A model generated the notes under the pieces. It was not told the origin of the DNA. It ran no database searches and was given only the letters and a program-made list of their open reading frames with translations. A stretch of DNA of 32,000 nucleotides from Thermofilum adornatum (lineage in GTDB: Archaea > Thermoproteota > Thermoprotei > Thermofilales > Thermofilaceae). Positions 17,127-26,261 of this stretch are shown here, one piece after another. Numbering within the stretch: the first letter of the stretch is position 1; each line of letters begins with the position of its first letter. Both the position numbers and the translations under genes were made by a program. The stretch is taken from positions 1,200,001 to 1,232,000 of the forward strand of contig NC_022093.1 of assembly GCF_000446015.1 (NCBI RefSeq). Direction: 5' to 3'.

Positions 17127-17915
17127 ATGAGTGGCATAAGCCTAATACAAGTGTTTCTAGCTTTGTTGTCTGGCGGCATTGTAGGCTTTTCTCTAGGGCT
17201 GATAGGCGGGGGCGGCTCCATTCTGGCGGTTCCCTTGCTTATTTATCTCGTAGGCTATAGTGATCCCCATGGGGCAATAGGGACAACTGCCCTAGCTGTT
17301 GGTATAAATGCCCTCTTAAATATCGTCCCCCATGCATTAAAGCGGCATGTAAACTTTAGGCTTGGAGTAATTTTTAGTTCTACTGGCGTTATAGGTGTTT
17401 ACTTAGGCTCTGAGCTTGGACTAATGATGGAGGGTAGGAGGCTTCTCTTCCTCTTCAGCCTGCTAATGATACTAGTTGCGATAAATATGATCCTCTCAAA
17501 AAAGGAAAATTCCAGCAAGGGGTTCCAAGTAGCAAAGAATTCATTTTTAAAGCTTGCAGGTGCAGGTTTAGGAGTAGGTTTTCTTTCAGGATTTTTCGGG
17601 ATAGGTGGAGGCTTTTTAATTGTTCCCGCATTGACCACATTTTCTACCATAGATATTGTGCAGGCCATTGGAACCTCCCAGATAGCTGTTTCTTCTTTTG
17701 GTTTTCTAACAGCAATAAGATACTTCCTCAAGGGCTACGTGGATATCACTTTTACACTTCTCTATGTGGTAGGAGGAATCATTGGAGGGTGGGCCGGCAC
17801 ATATTTCATGTCCAGGATTCCGCAGAGCACATTGAAAAAGATCTATGCCGTGATAATTTTTCTCGTCGCTCTCTACATGTTGTACATGAATATAGGGGCT
17901 TTATCCTCTAAATAA
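17127..17915 (+). CDS. TauE/SafE (DUF81) family anion/sulfite exporter-like permease
   Basis: Two Gly-rich repeats: GLIGGGGSILAVPLLIYL and SGFFGIGGGFLIVPAL. The ATG at 17127 is preferred over the GTG at 17067 in the track. Confidence 0.8.
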   Translation: MSGISLIQVFLALLSGGIVGFSLGLIGGGGSILAVPLLIYLVGYSDPHGAIGTTALAVGINALLNIVPHALKRHVNFRLGVIFSSTGVIGVYLGSELGLMMEGRRLLFLFSLLMILVAINMILSKKENSSKGFQVAKNSFLKLAGAGLGVGFLSGFFGIGGGFLIVPALTTFSTIDIVQAIGTSQIAVSSFGFLTAIRYFLKGYVDITFTLLYVVGGIIGGWAGTYFMSRIPQSTLKKIYAVIIFLVALYMLYMNIGALSSK

Positions 17916-18069
17916 TGTTCTCTAGCGCGCGCTTGAAGTTTTGTCCTCACTAGTTGTTCCCATGAAAATCATAGATGGATGTTTTTCCTTGGGTGAAAAA
18001 CGTTTTCTCCTGCTTTTTCCATAGTTTTCCTAATTAACCCGATATGTGTAATGTTCTGTGGGGTAAAAC

Positions 18070-19113
18070 ATGAGGACAAGAAATATCGGATTAGTGCTGG
18101 CGGCTGTATTAATACTCTCTATGCTTGTACCAGTTTTTTCAGGCCCAGACAAAAGCGCAGAAACTCTCATAACGAATGCTGAGAGGTTGCAGAGACAGGT
18201 GTACTACAGGAACAGTGTACTCGTCAACGCTACTTCAGGTCTAAACACAAGCCTGTATGCATACAATTTATCTCTTATACTCAACCTTACGAAGCTAGCT
18301 GACTCCTATCTAAACACGAGCAAGCAACTTTACAGCCATGGCAATTATACAGGGGCTGCCACCTATGCCATCAAGGCAATAAACACCTACGGAGAAGTTA
18401 TCGAGCTACAGGAGAAACTCTCAGACGCACTACATGTAGAGTTTAAGGTAGGAAAAGAGCAAGAAGAATACAACATAACCGCGGCAAATGTCACAGCTAT
18501 AAACAGGACAGCCCTAGTACTCCAACTAGAAGTCCTAAAAGCAAGAATAGCTGAACTTAAGAACGTCCTCGGCAAAGTTAACCAGTCCATCTACAATGTA
18601 ACCGGCGCCCTGAACCTGCTTGACGACGCAGAAAGTCTACTCTCCGATGCAGAGGCAAAGCTACAGACCGGCAACATAACTGTCTCAGAGCTTGCAAAGA
18701 CCCTTGGAACAGTCAAGAAGATACTTGGGCTTGTCAACGCAGAGCTTCAAAGAGCATCCCTCAAGGTAACAGTAGTCAGGGCAATGAAGCTAGGCATCCT
18801 CAAGAACAACGCTACACAGGTTCTAAACATGACTCCAATAATCAACCACACAAAGATAAAGGGTAAAGGAAAACCATCAATAAATGATACAAAAGAACTC
18901 GAGGAAGAAGTCAACAAGACAGAGTCCAAGCTAGAGAAGGAAGCCAAGAAGCAGGCAGACATAAAACAATTATTCAAACAGGCTGAGAAACAAATACAAG
19001 AGGCAAAGAAAGACATCAACGTTATTAAGAAAGAGGTAAAAGAGGAAGAAGAGGGATACGGCAAAGGAAATCAGGGTAAAAAAGAAGAGGCCAGAGGAAA
19101 CAACAAAAAATAA
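18070..19113 (+). CDS. Secreted or membrane-anchored coiled-coil protein, heavily sequon-decorated, with a Lys/Glu-rich tail; function unknown
   Basis: 347 aa. N-terminal signal/anchor IGLVLAAVLILSMLVPVF. I count 17 N-x-S/T sequons by eye. Long heptad-like helical stretches. C-terminal KKEVKEEEEGYGKGNQGKKEEARGNNKK. Confidence 0.6.
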   Translation: MRTRNIGLVLAAVLILSMLVPVFSGPDKSAETLITNAERLQRQVYYRNSVLVNATSGLNTSLYAYNLSLILNLTKLADSYLNTSKQLYSHGNYTGAATYAIKAINTYGEVIELQEKLSDALHVEFKVGKEQEEYNITAANVTAINRTALVLQLEVLKARIAELKNVLGKVNQSIYNVTGALNLLDDAESLLSDAEAKLQTGNITVSELAKTLGTVKKILGLVNAELQRASLKVTVVRAMKLGILKNNATQVLNMTPIINHTKIKGKGKPSINDTKELEEEVNKTESKLEKEAKKQADIKQLFKQAEKQIQEAKKDINVIKKEVKEEEEGYGKGNQGKKEEARGNNKK

Positions 19114-19136
19114 TTTTGTTTTTGTGTTTTTATTTT
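19114..19136 (+). terminator. Oligo-T tract between convergent genes (archaeal-type terminator)
   Basis: TTTTGTTTTTGTGTTTTTATTTT follows the TAA at 19111-19113 immediately. The complementary strand also carries a T6 run downstream of the convergent gene. Confidence 0.4.
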
Positions 19137-19477
19137 AAAAGTATTATCACATTGAAGCCTATCAGCCAAGTCATGATTATTATTCCGATGACCAGCATTA
19201 TCTTCTTTGAGACATCTTCACGTAGCAACTGTGCCTCAACCAGCACCATGTGCAAGCCATACAATGCATGATAGGTTGCTGCCGCTGCTAAAACAATTTC
19301 CCCCGCCATTACGAGTGGATTCTTCAACGCAGATATCACTTCCTCGTAGGTTGGAATACCGTGGGCGGAGCCCGTCAAGTGGACCCTGTAGATATGTGCG
19401 AGGACGGCCAGGGTCAGTATTGCCCCTGTTACTGCCTGGAGGAGCCAGGCTTTCCCAGACCGACTCCTAGAAGACAT
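19130..19477 (-). CDS. SdhD-like small membrane anchor subunit
   Basis: 115 aa, 3 TM. AWLLQAVTGAILTLAVLAHI resembles the SdhD WLLQRxT…H motif. It overlaps the upstream gene by 11 nt. Confidence 0.6.
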   Translation of the reverse strand: MSSRSRSGKAWLLQAVTGAILTLAVLAHIYRVHLTGSAHGIPTYEEVISALKNPLVMAGEIVLAAAATYHALYGLHMVLVEAQLLREDVSKKIMLVIGIIIMTWLIGFNVIILLK

Positions 19478-19844
19478 TCATTATCACCCATGTACCTATA
19501 AGGAATAACAAAACAATGGTAACCCAGCTAATGGCGAGAATAGTTTTCCTCTTTTCTACCATTATCCCCATCTCAACTATTAACGAGTATAATCCTAGGA
19601 CTCCGTGAATAACTAGCGCGGCCCACAAAAACAGGTCCACCAAAATAGCTGGGGGAGATGTGAATACTCCTAGAAATGCATTGTAGACATCCTTTCCGAG
19701 TACAACAGTCGATATATCGATCATGTGTGCAAGGAAGTATAGAGCCATAATTATCCCGGCTAGTCTTCGAGCAGCAAATGAGACTTGCTCCAGGCTTCTA
19801 CCCCTTAGCTTGAACCAAGACCTTAGAACATACCCTATATTCAT
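19467..19844 (-). CDS. SdhC-like (cytochrome b-type) membrane anchor subunit
   Basis: 125 aa, 3 TM. RRLAGIIMALYFLAHMIDIS resembles the SdhC RxSGxxxxxF…H motif. Its start abuts the upstream stop. Confidence 0.6.
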   Translation of the reverse strand: MNIGYVLRSWFKLRGRSLEQVSFAARRLAGIIMALYFLAHMIDISTVVLGKDVYNAFLGVFTSPPAILVDLFLWAALVIHGVLGLYSLIVEMGIMVEKRKTILAISWVTIVLLFLIGTWVIMNVF

Positions 19845-20504
19845 TTATATCACCTGTAATTTTCCAAACAAGAGTTCTTTCCTAATCTTCATAATTGTCT
19901 CGCCAGGCTTAAAGTCAACAGGACACCTTGCACTACACTCGAAAGACCCGTGACACGCCCACACGCCCCTGCGGCTGTCAATGATTGCGGGGACTTTTCC
20001 GTTGCTGGAAGACTTGTAGGACATAGCTATAACTGAGGGGCCAACATATCCTTCAAACGTGTTTGCGATTGGGCACGCGGAATAGCATATGCCGCACTCT
20101 AGACAGTCGAGTAGCTTCTCTACCTCTACTGTGCCCGCTACTTTTTCATGGGTCCCTGGCTTCACGAGGGCATACTGCTTAAACATTCTAGACTTGTTGA
20201 CTGCCAGGTCGCTTATCACCTTGAATCCTCTCAGGGGCTCTAGGACAACTATCCCGTTCCTCGCGACTTCCCCTATTTTCGTTATGCAGGCCAGCCTCTC
20301 TACCCCGTTTATAATCATTCCGCATGCGCCGCACGCACCGTGATGGCATGCATGCTCAAAGGCTAGGGTTCTGTCTTTTTCTAGACTAATTTTCTCAACA
20401 ACATCGAGAACGGAGGTGTCTGGGTCGGCCTCAACTTCGTAGCTTACGTATTTTGGTTCTCTCCATTCAGTCTTATATTTTCTAATTATAACGCGGTACT
20501 TCAT
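19845..20504 (-). CDS. Succinate dehydrogenase/fumarate reductase-type iron-sulfur subunit (SdhB/FrdB-like)
   Basis: 219 aa with three cluster motifs: 2Fe-2S CHHGACGACGMIINGVERLAC, 4Fe-4S CLECGICYSACP, and CHGSFECSARCP. Confidence 0.8.
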   Translation of the reverse strand: MKYRVIIRKYKTEWREPKYVSYEVEADPDTSVLDVVEKISLEKDRTLAFEHACHHGACGACGMIINGVERLACITKIGEVARNGIVVLEPLRGFKVISDLAVNKSRMFKQYALVKPGTHEKVAGTVEVEKLLDCLECGICYSACPIANTFEGYVGPSVIAMSYKSSSNGKVPAIIDSRRGVWACHGSFECSARCPVDFKPGETIMKIRKELLFGKLQVI

Positions 20505-20518
20505 ACAGTTGCCTCACC

Positions 20519-21673
20519 TCATGTGAAATAGCTCCAGTAAGGAGCAAGAGGTGTATCAGCGGTTCTGCAAGGCTGAGTTATTCCAATCCTCTCCGCTACG
20601 AAGTCCGCCATCTTCTCGGCCATCAGCCGGGCAGTAGTAAATTTCCCACCAATAATGCTGGCAAAGTTTTCGACCCCTTCCCTTGCATGGTCAATTATTG
20701 CGAAGCTCCTGCTAACCTCCCTGCCAGTAGATGCCTGGACAGCCCCTACAAGCGGCCTAGAAGAGACAAAAGTAGCTTTCACCTTTAGCTTTGCAACTAT
20801 CGGTGCGAGCTCTGTGCCCCTCTTCAGCATTAGTTCGACGTGTTCTCTGGGTATAGTAACCGTGTCCGGGTCCTCCACTACCCAAGAAGTCGTACCAATC
20901 ACCGAAGTCCCCCTCTGGTGAATAATGATGTCGCCGTCTCCGGGCTTATTCAGCCTATTGAAGACCCTGTGACCAATCCTGGCGTTGAGGGCTACCATGA
21001 CGCCTGGGCTCGGCTTCACCGGCACGCTTAGACCAGCGAGCCTGGCAACCTTGTTTGCCCAGGCACCAGTAGCGTTGACAACATAGTCAGCCTCGAGCTC
21101 GTATTCGCGTTCCGACGTCTTGTCGAGGACACGGACAGCCTTTATTGCTCCAGACTCTATCCTGAAGCCTACAACCTCGCTGAATGGTCTTATGTCTGCG
21201 CCGTGCAGTTTTGCCGACGCTAAAAAGCTCAGTAATACCTTCAAGGGGTCAAATGTGCCGTCCGGAACAAGGACAGCCGCCTTTAGCTCAGGGTTAAGGT
21301 TTGGCTCGAGCCTCAACGCCTCGTTCCTGTCTAGCTCCTTCACCGGTATACCTGCCTCCTCGCACTTTTTCAAAAAGAAGTCCTTGTATTTTAGATCAGA
21401 CTCGTCTATCGCGACAAATAGCCCTCCATTTTTCTCGAAAAGAAATGGAGCGATCCTCCTCAAAGTAACATTCTCAAGGTAGCACTCCCTGGCAACATCC
21501 ACGTCTTTGACATACCTGCAACCACTATGCAGAAGCCCATGCGTCCTACCACTCGTACCACTGCCTATCGAGCCACGCTCCAGCAGTGTGACTCTTGCTC
21601 CCCGCTGGGCAAGGTCATAGGCTATTGCGGCACCAGTCACGCCTCCACCGATAACGACAACATGTTTTGTCAA
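20519..21673 (-). CDS. FAD-dependent glycerol-3-phosphate dehydrogenase flavoprotein (GlpA/GlpD-like)
   Basis: 384 aa, TTG start. Dinucleotide fold VVVIGGGVTGAAIAYDLAQRGARVTLLER, followed by GTSGRTHGLLHSGCRYV (compare the GlpD motif GTSSRSSKLIHGGLRYL). It is adjacent to glpK. Confidence 0.8.
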   Translation of the reverse strand: MTKHVVVIGGGVTGAAIAYDLAQRGARVTLLERGSIGSGTSGRTHGLLHSGCRYVKDVDVARECYLENVTLRRIAPFLFEKNGGLFVAIDESDLKYKDFFLKKCEEAGIPVKELDRNEALRLEPNLNPELKAAVLVPDGTFDPLKVLLSFLASAKLHGADIRPFSEVVGFRIESGAIKAVRVLDKTSEREYELEADYVVNATGAWANKVARLAGLSVPVKPSPGVMVALNARIGHRVFNRLNKPGDGDIIIHQRGTSVIGTTSWVVEDPDTVTIPREHVELMLKRGTELAPIVAKLKVKATFVSSRPLVGAVQASTGREVSRSFAIIDHAREGVENFASIIGGKFTTARLMAEKMADFVAERIGITQPCRTADTPLAPYWSYFT

Positions 21674-21750
21674 GCCGGTTCATAGATTATTCCTATGAAT
21701 AATATAAAAAGTTTTTTAATTAAAAGATATAAATAGCTATATACATATCG

Positions 21751-23328
21751 CTACTCCGAGTAGCCGTAGGCCCAAGGTACCTCCTTTGCCCATCCAAGAG
21801 CACGCTTGACAGCCGCTTTCCAGCCAGCGTAAAGCTTTTCACGCTTCGTGGGATCCATTTGCGGGATAAACCTCTTCTCCTCTACCCACAGCCTCTTCAG
21901 CTCCTCTAAGCTACCCCACACTCCAACAGCTAGACCCGCAAGGTAAGCAGCACCTAGAGACGTTGTTTCACGCACAAGCGGTCTAACTACTTCGACTCCA
22001 AGAATATCTGCCTGGAACTGCAACAAGAAGTCACTCTGCGACGCGCCGCCATCCGCCTTCAAGACTTTTATATCCCTACCTACATCTGTCTTCATAGTGT
22101 CAACAACGTCACGCGTCAGATAGGCAATGCTCTCTAGGGTCGCCCTAGCTATATGTTTCCTCGTTGTTCCACGTGTAATACCAATGATGAGGCCCCTTGC
22201 ATAAGGATCCCAGTAGGGTGCGCCTAGCCCTGTAAATGCGGGGACGAAATAAAGACCACCCGTATCATCTGCGGACTCTGCCAAGGGGTTGATTTCAGGC
22301 GAAACCTCGATGATCTTTAATCCATCTCTTATCCACTGGATAGCAGCTCCAGTGATAAAGATGCTTCCTTCTAGTGCATAGTAAGCTTTACCAGGCTCGA
22401 GAGAATAGAAAACCGTCGACAGCAAGCCTCTCCTCGAATAGAAGACCCTTAAACCAGTATTCAAGAGGATGAAATTGCCCGTACCATAGGTACACTTGAC
22501 TTCTCCCTCTTCGAAACCTGCCTGACCGAAAAGTGCTGCCTGCTGGTCTCCAGCGTCGCCCGTCACAGGTATGCTTGCCCCGTTAAATATGCCGTTTAGC
22601 GCTGGACCAGTGTACCCGTATACTTCCTTGTCGCTTGATGGACGTGGAAGTGGCAGGGACTCTTCTGGTATTTTACCCATAAGCTCTAATAGTTCTTGAT
22701 CCCAGCTCAGCTTCTCAATGTTGAAGAGCATGGTTCTGCTTGCGTTAGAATAGTCTGTCACATGTGCGCCGCCCTTTTCAGGCGTCAAGACTTCCCGGGA
22801 GCCACGCGTCAAGTTCCAAATAATCCACGTATCGATAGTTCCAAAAACTGCCTCTCCCCTCTTTACCTTTTCCCTGAGACCATCCACGTTTTCTAGGAGC
22901 CACTGGATCTTGCTACCTGAGAAATACGGATCAGGAACAAGCCCGGTCTTCTTGTGTATGAGCTCAGAATAATTCTCTTTGAGTTTATCCGTTATCGTAG
23001 CTGTTCTCCGGTCCTGCCAGACAATCGCGTTGTAAAGCGGGTTCCCAGTTCTGGGGTCCCAAACAACTACTGTCTCCCTTTGGTTCGTTACTCCAATAGC
23101 TACTATTTCTCTAGGGGAAATCTTTGACCTTTGAACGGCATCCTTTATACAAAGCAGGGTTTTCTCCCAGATCTCTGCTGGGTTATGTTCAACCCATCCT
23201 GGCCGAGGGTAAATCTGGGTATGTTCGCGGTAGGCCCATCCCCCTGGGACAGGTTTCCCGTCTTCTCCGAAAATGCCTGCTCTGGTTCCAGTCGTTCCTT
23301 GGTCAATTACAAGTATATATTTCTTCAT
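21751..23328 (-). CDS. glpK: Glycerol kinase
   Basis: The N-terminus [20 protein letters not shown] is a FGGY kinase signature. Also [10 protein letters not shown] and [10 protein letters not shown]. The track ORF extends to a TTG at 23397, but the ATG at 23328 gives the canonical N-terminus. Confidence 0.92.
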   Translation of the reverse strand: MKKYILVIDQGTTGTRAGIFGEDGKPVPGGWAYREHTQIYPRPGWVEHNPAEIWEKTLLCIKDAVQRSKISPREIVAIGVTNQRETVVVWDPRTGNPLYNAIVWQDRRTATITDKLKENYSELIHKKTGLVPDPYFSGSKIQWLLENVDGLREKVKRGEAVFGTIDTWIIWNLTRGSREVLTPEKGGAHVTDYSNASRTMLFNIEKLSWDQELLELMGKIPEESLPLPRPSSDKEVYGYTGPALNGIFNGASIPVTGDAGDQQAALFGQAGFEEGEVKCTYGTGNFILLNTGLRVFYSRRGLLSTVFYSLEPGKAYYALEGSIFITGAAIQWIRDGLKIIEVSPEINPLAESADDTGGLYFVPAFTGLGAPYWDPYARGLIIGITRGTTRKHIARATLESIAYLTRDVVDTMKTDVGRDIKVLKADGGASQSDFLLQFQADILGVEVVRPLVRETTSLGAAYLAGLAVGVWGSLEELKRLWVEEKRFIPQMDPTKREKLYAGWKAAVKRALGWAKEVPWAYGYSE

Positions 23329-23522
23329 AACAAAGCCTATAAAAAACCAGGAAACTAATGAATTTTTTGCTATATAATAGATAAGAGGCTGAGCCAAGAG
23401 TATTTCTCTTTATTGCTTGCCTGTAAAATGCCCAAAGATTTATATATCTAGACTTTTAAAAGTTAAAAACCATACTTATCTATTTAAATCTTCAAGAAAC
23501 TAACTTTCTTGGTCGACGCAAA

Positions 23523-23933
23523 ATGGAGAGCGAGCTTGAAATAATCAAGAGAAAAATGCTAAAAGAAATGTTGCTCAAAGAGGGCGCCACAAAGAGAGAA
23601 GCCACATGCCCCTACGACGCCAACGGCAACAGTATAACTTTCCACGAAAACCTGGCAAAGTGCAAACTGGCAATAGCAGATTTCTGGGCAGAGTGGTGTG
23701 CCCCCTGCAGACTAATAGAGCCAATATTTGAGTCCCTCGCAGAGAAATACAGGGGGAAAGCTGCCTTCCTGAGGGTAAACATCGACGAAAACCCTGACCT
23801 TGCGGCGGAATACCAAGTCATGAGTATACCAACCCTCATTGTTTTCAGCCGTGGAAAAGAATTTACACGATTCATTGGCTACTCGCCACAGCTCTCCAGA
23901 CAGATAGAAAATGTACTCGAACGACTACTTTAA
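23523..23933 (+). CDS. trx: Thioredoxin with an N-terminal ~45-aa extension
   Basis: 136 aa with active site WAEWCAPCRLIEP (WCxPC) and a cis-Pro region MSIPTLIVF. Confidence 0.85.
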   Translation: MESELEIIKRKMLKEMLLKEGATKREATCPYDANGNSITFHENLAKCKLAIADFWAEWCAPCRLIEPIFESLAEKYRGKAAFLRVNIDENPDLAAEYQVMSIPTLIVFSRGKEFTRFIGYSPQLSRQIENVLERLL

Positions 23934-24066
23934 TCTAAAAGTCTAACGGTCTTTTTAGACTATAAAGAATATATTAGGCCTAAAGTAAACGATTTACTCA
24001 TTTTATAAAGAATTTGCAAAAATGTTTATATACTACAATTACACTAACTAAATCGCCGGTGGAAAA

Positions 24067-25371
24067 ATGGTAACCAGAAGGCAGTTCCTCTACATCCTAG
24101 GAGGAACAGTTGCAGTTGCAGTTCTAGGCGGAGGCGTCTACTTTTTGACCCGCACCCCAAGCCAGCAACCACAGAAACCAAAAACGCTCAGCGGCAAGCT
24201 AACTATTCTTGGACGTTCAGGTTACCACGAGACCATTGTCAGAAACTTGATGGACACATTTTCCAAGAAGTATCCCGACGTTTCCCTCGATTATGTTCCA
24301 AAGGGATACACAGACGAATATCAAACCATAGTTCTTTCCATGCGGAACAAGTCTACAGACTACGACGTATTATACATTGACGAGCCCTGGATCCACATGA
24401 TGATAAACAACGGCTGGTTGCTTCCAATTGATCAACCAAACCTTTCCAACTATCCCGACTCTTTGAAGAGCTGGCCAACCGTAAACGGTAAGACCTACGC
24501 CCAGGCGATAACTGGTAATGCAAACTTCTTGTTCTATAGGAAAGATATCCTGGACAGTATAGGGGAACAGCCACCCCAGACCTGGGACGACGTTTTAAGA
24601 ATTGCTAAAAAAGTAAAATCAAAGTATACAGACGTAGGAGTCAAATTATATGGCTTCGGCGCTTATTCAGTCAAAGGCACCTCCATAGCTCAAGATACCT
24701 TCCCAGCAATTCTTTATCCATTCGGTGGACGATACTTCGCAGATGACGGAGTAACTCCCGCGCTAAAAAGCCAAGCCGCTATAGATGCCCTGGAATTCTT
24801 CAAGGAACTAAAGAACTACAGTCATCCACGCATGACTGAGTTCCAGAGTCTTGCAGAGTATTCCGACGCTATACTTCGGGGCGAGGTTGCAGTTGGTGTG
24901 GCATGGAACGGATGGCTGGCTGACATTGACAACCCACAAAAGTCTCAGGTAGTAGGAAAAATAGAGGTTCAGCCTTATCCAAGGCAAAAAACATTCTTTG
25001 GAGCCCAATCAGGAGTGTGGTATATGGCCGCATCGGCTTTTACCACCAATCCAGATGCAGCAATTGAATTCGTAAAGGTAAGCACGTCATTTGAAGCACA
25101 AAAACGCGCCGCATTAGAGGCTGGCTTGCCACCTACACGACTTAACGTCTTTACAGATGATGATTACAAGAGTAAAAGAAGGCTTGCAGACAAATTCCGC
25201 GAAATAATATTAAACGCTAAACCAGTTAGGACAAACCCGCTATGGGGAGACATGGCTGAAAACGTGGGTACATACCTCTACATGGGATTGCTAGGACAAA
25301 TAAGCGCTGAGGAAGCAATCAATAAGGCACATGAAGAGATGGTTAAAGTAACTTCAGCCATAAAGTCCTAA
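24067..25371 (+). CDS. ABC sugar transporter substrate-binding protein (family 1 solute-binding), N-terminally membrane-anchored
   Basis: 434 aa. N-terminus MVTRRQFLYILGGTVAVAVLGGGVYFL is Tat-like or an anchor. GGTGG Shine-Dalgarno upstream. First gene of the permease/ATPase operon. Confidence 0.8.
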   Translation: MVTRRQFLYILGGTVAVAVLGGGVYFLTRTPSQQPQKPKTLSGKLTILGRSGYHETIVRNLMDTFSKKYPDVSLDYVPKGYTDEYQTIVLSMRNKSTDYDVLYIDEPWIHMMINNGWLLPIDQPNLSNYPDSLKSWPTVNGKTYAQAITGNANFLFYRKDILDSIGEQPPQTWDDVLRIAKKVKSKYTDVGVKLYGFGAYSVKGTSIAQDTFPAILYPFGGRYFADDGVTPALKSQAAIDALEFFKELKNYSHPRMTEFQSLAEYSDAILRGEVAVGVAWNGWLADIDNPQKSQVVGKIEVQPYPRQKTFFGAQSGVWYMAASAFTTNPDAAIEFVKVSTSFEAQKRAALEAGLPPTRLNVFTDDDYKSKRRLADKFREIILNAKPVRTNPLWGDMAENVGTYLYMGLLGQISAEEAINKAHEEMVKVTSAIKS

Positions 25372-25397
25372 AATAACCTTCAGAGGATATTTACAAT

Positions 25398-26261
25398 ATG
25401 AAGTTAAGAGAGTTCCTCCAAAAAGAAATTTTTCTTTTACCGGGCCTAGTTGGACTAGGAGTATTCCTCTATGCCCTTATCTACACAATCTACATGTCGT
25501 TTTTCAGGTACAAACTTGGCTTTACTGAACCCACCTTTATAGGCTTACAAAACTTTGTAAGCCTGTTCAACGATGAGATCTTCCGCACAGCAGTCTTTAA
25601 CACGATTTATTTCGTCATCGTAGCGACTACTCTTGAACTTTTATACGGCATTTTGCTTGCCTCTCTACTGTATTGGAGCAAATATAGATACCTTTTCCTT
25701 CCACTAATGCTAGTTCCAATGCTTCTACCTGCCGTAAACATAGTTGTTATATGGAGGTTCCTTCTACATCCTGACTACGGTATAGTCAACATATTTTTAA
25801 AGAGTATAGGTCTTAGCCCTATTGATCCGTTAAACGACCCTACATGGGCTATGCCTACAATAATATTGATGGATGCATGGCAAATGACACCATTCGTAAT
25901 GATTATCATTTTAGCAGGGCTATCCACAGTTCCCCGAGAAATAGTTACTGCGGCCAGGCTGGATGGCGCAAACAAGTTCCAATTGACAACAAAGATACTT
26001 CTACCGCTCACCAAGAACGTCATTATGGCTGTGCTTCTGTTGCGTTTGATCGACGCTTTTAGAATATTCGCCAAGGTCCAGCTATTAACAAGAGGAGGCC
26101 CGGGAATAGCCACAGAGACGCTCGAACTACAAATCTACAATCGGGGTGTTAGAGGTCTCGAGATAGGGTTTGGGTCAGCTATGTCCGTGATATTTATCCT
26201 TCTAGCAATGGTTGTGATTATTCCATACATGATAATGGTGATAAGAGGATGGCGTCGCTGA
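25398..26261 (+). CDS. ABC sugar transporter permease (MalF/UgpA-like)
   Basis: 287 aa, 6 TM. EAA-type loop TAARLDGANKFQLTTKILLPL. Confidence 0.85.
   Translation: MKLREFLQKEIFLLPGLVGLGVFLYALIYTIYMSFFRYKLGFTEPTFIGLQNFVSLFNDEIFRTAVFNTIYFVIVATTLELLYGILLASLLYWSKYRYLFLPLMLVPMLLPAVNIVVIWRFLLHPDYGIVNIFLKSIGLSPIDPLNDPTWAMPTIILMDAWQMTPFVMIIILAGLSTVPREIVTAARLDGANKFQLTTKILLPLTKNVIMAVLLLRLIDAFRIFAKVQLLTRGGPGIATETLELQIYNRGVRGLEIGFGSAMSVIFILLAMVVIIPYMIMVIRGWRR

Noticed and set aside
17965-18022. Short minus-strand ORF (~17 aa, MEKAGENVFHPRKNIHL) in the 17916-18069 intergenic region
   Set aside because: It is too short, has no ribosome-binding or promoter context that I can support, and has no motif.
23329-23397. 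Extended glpK start (TTG at 23397, [23 protein letters not shown]…)
   Set aside because: The canonical FGGY N-terminus begins at the ATG at 23328 ([16 protein letters not shown]). The extension starts at a weak TTG and would place promoter-like AT-rich sequence inside the CDS.
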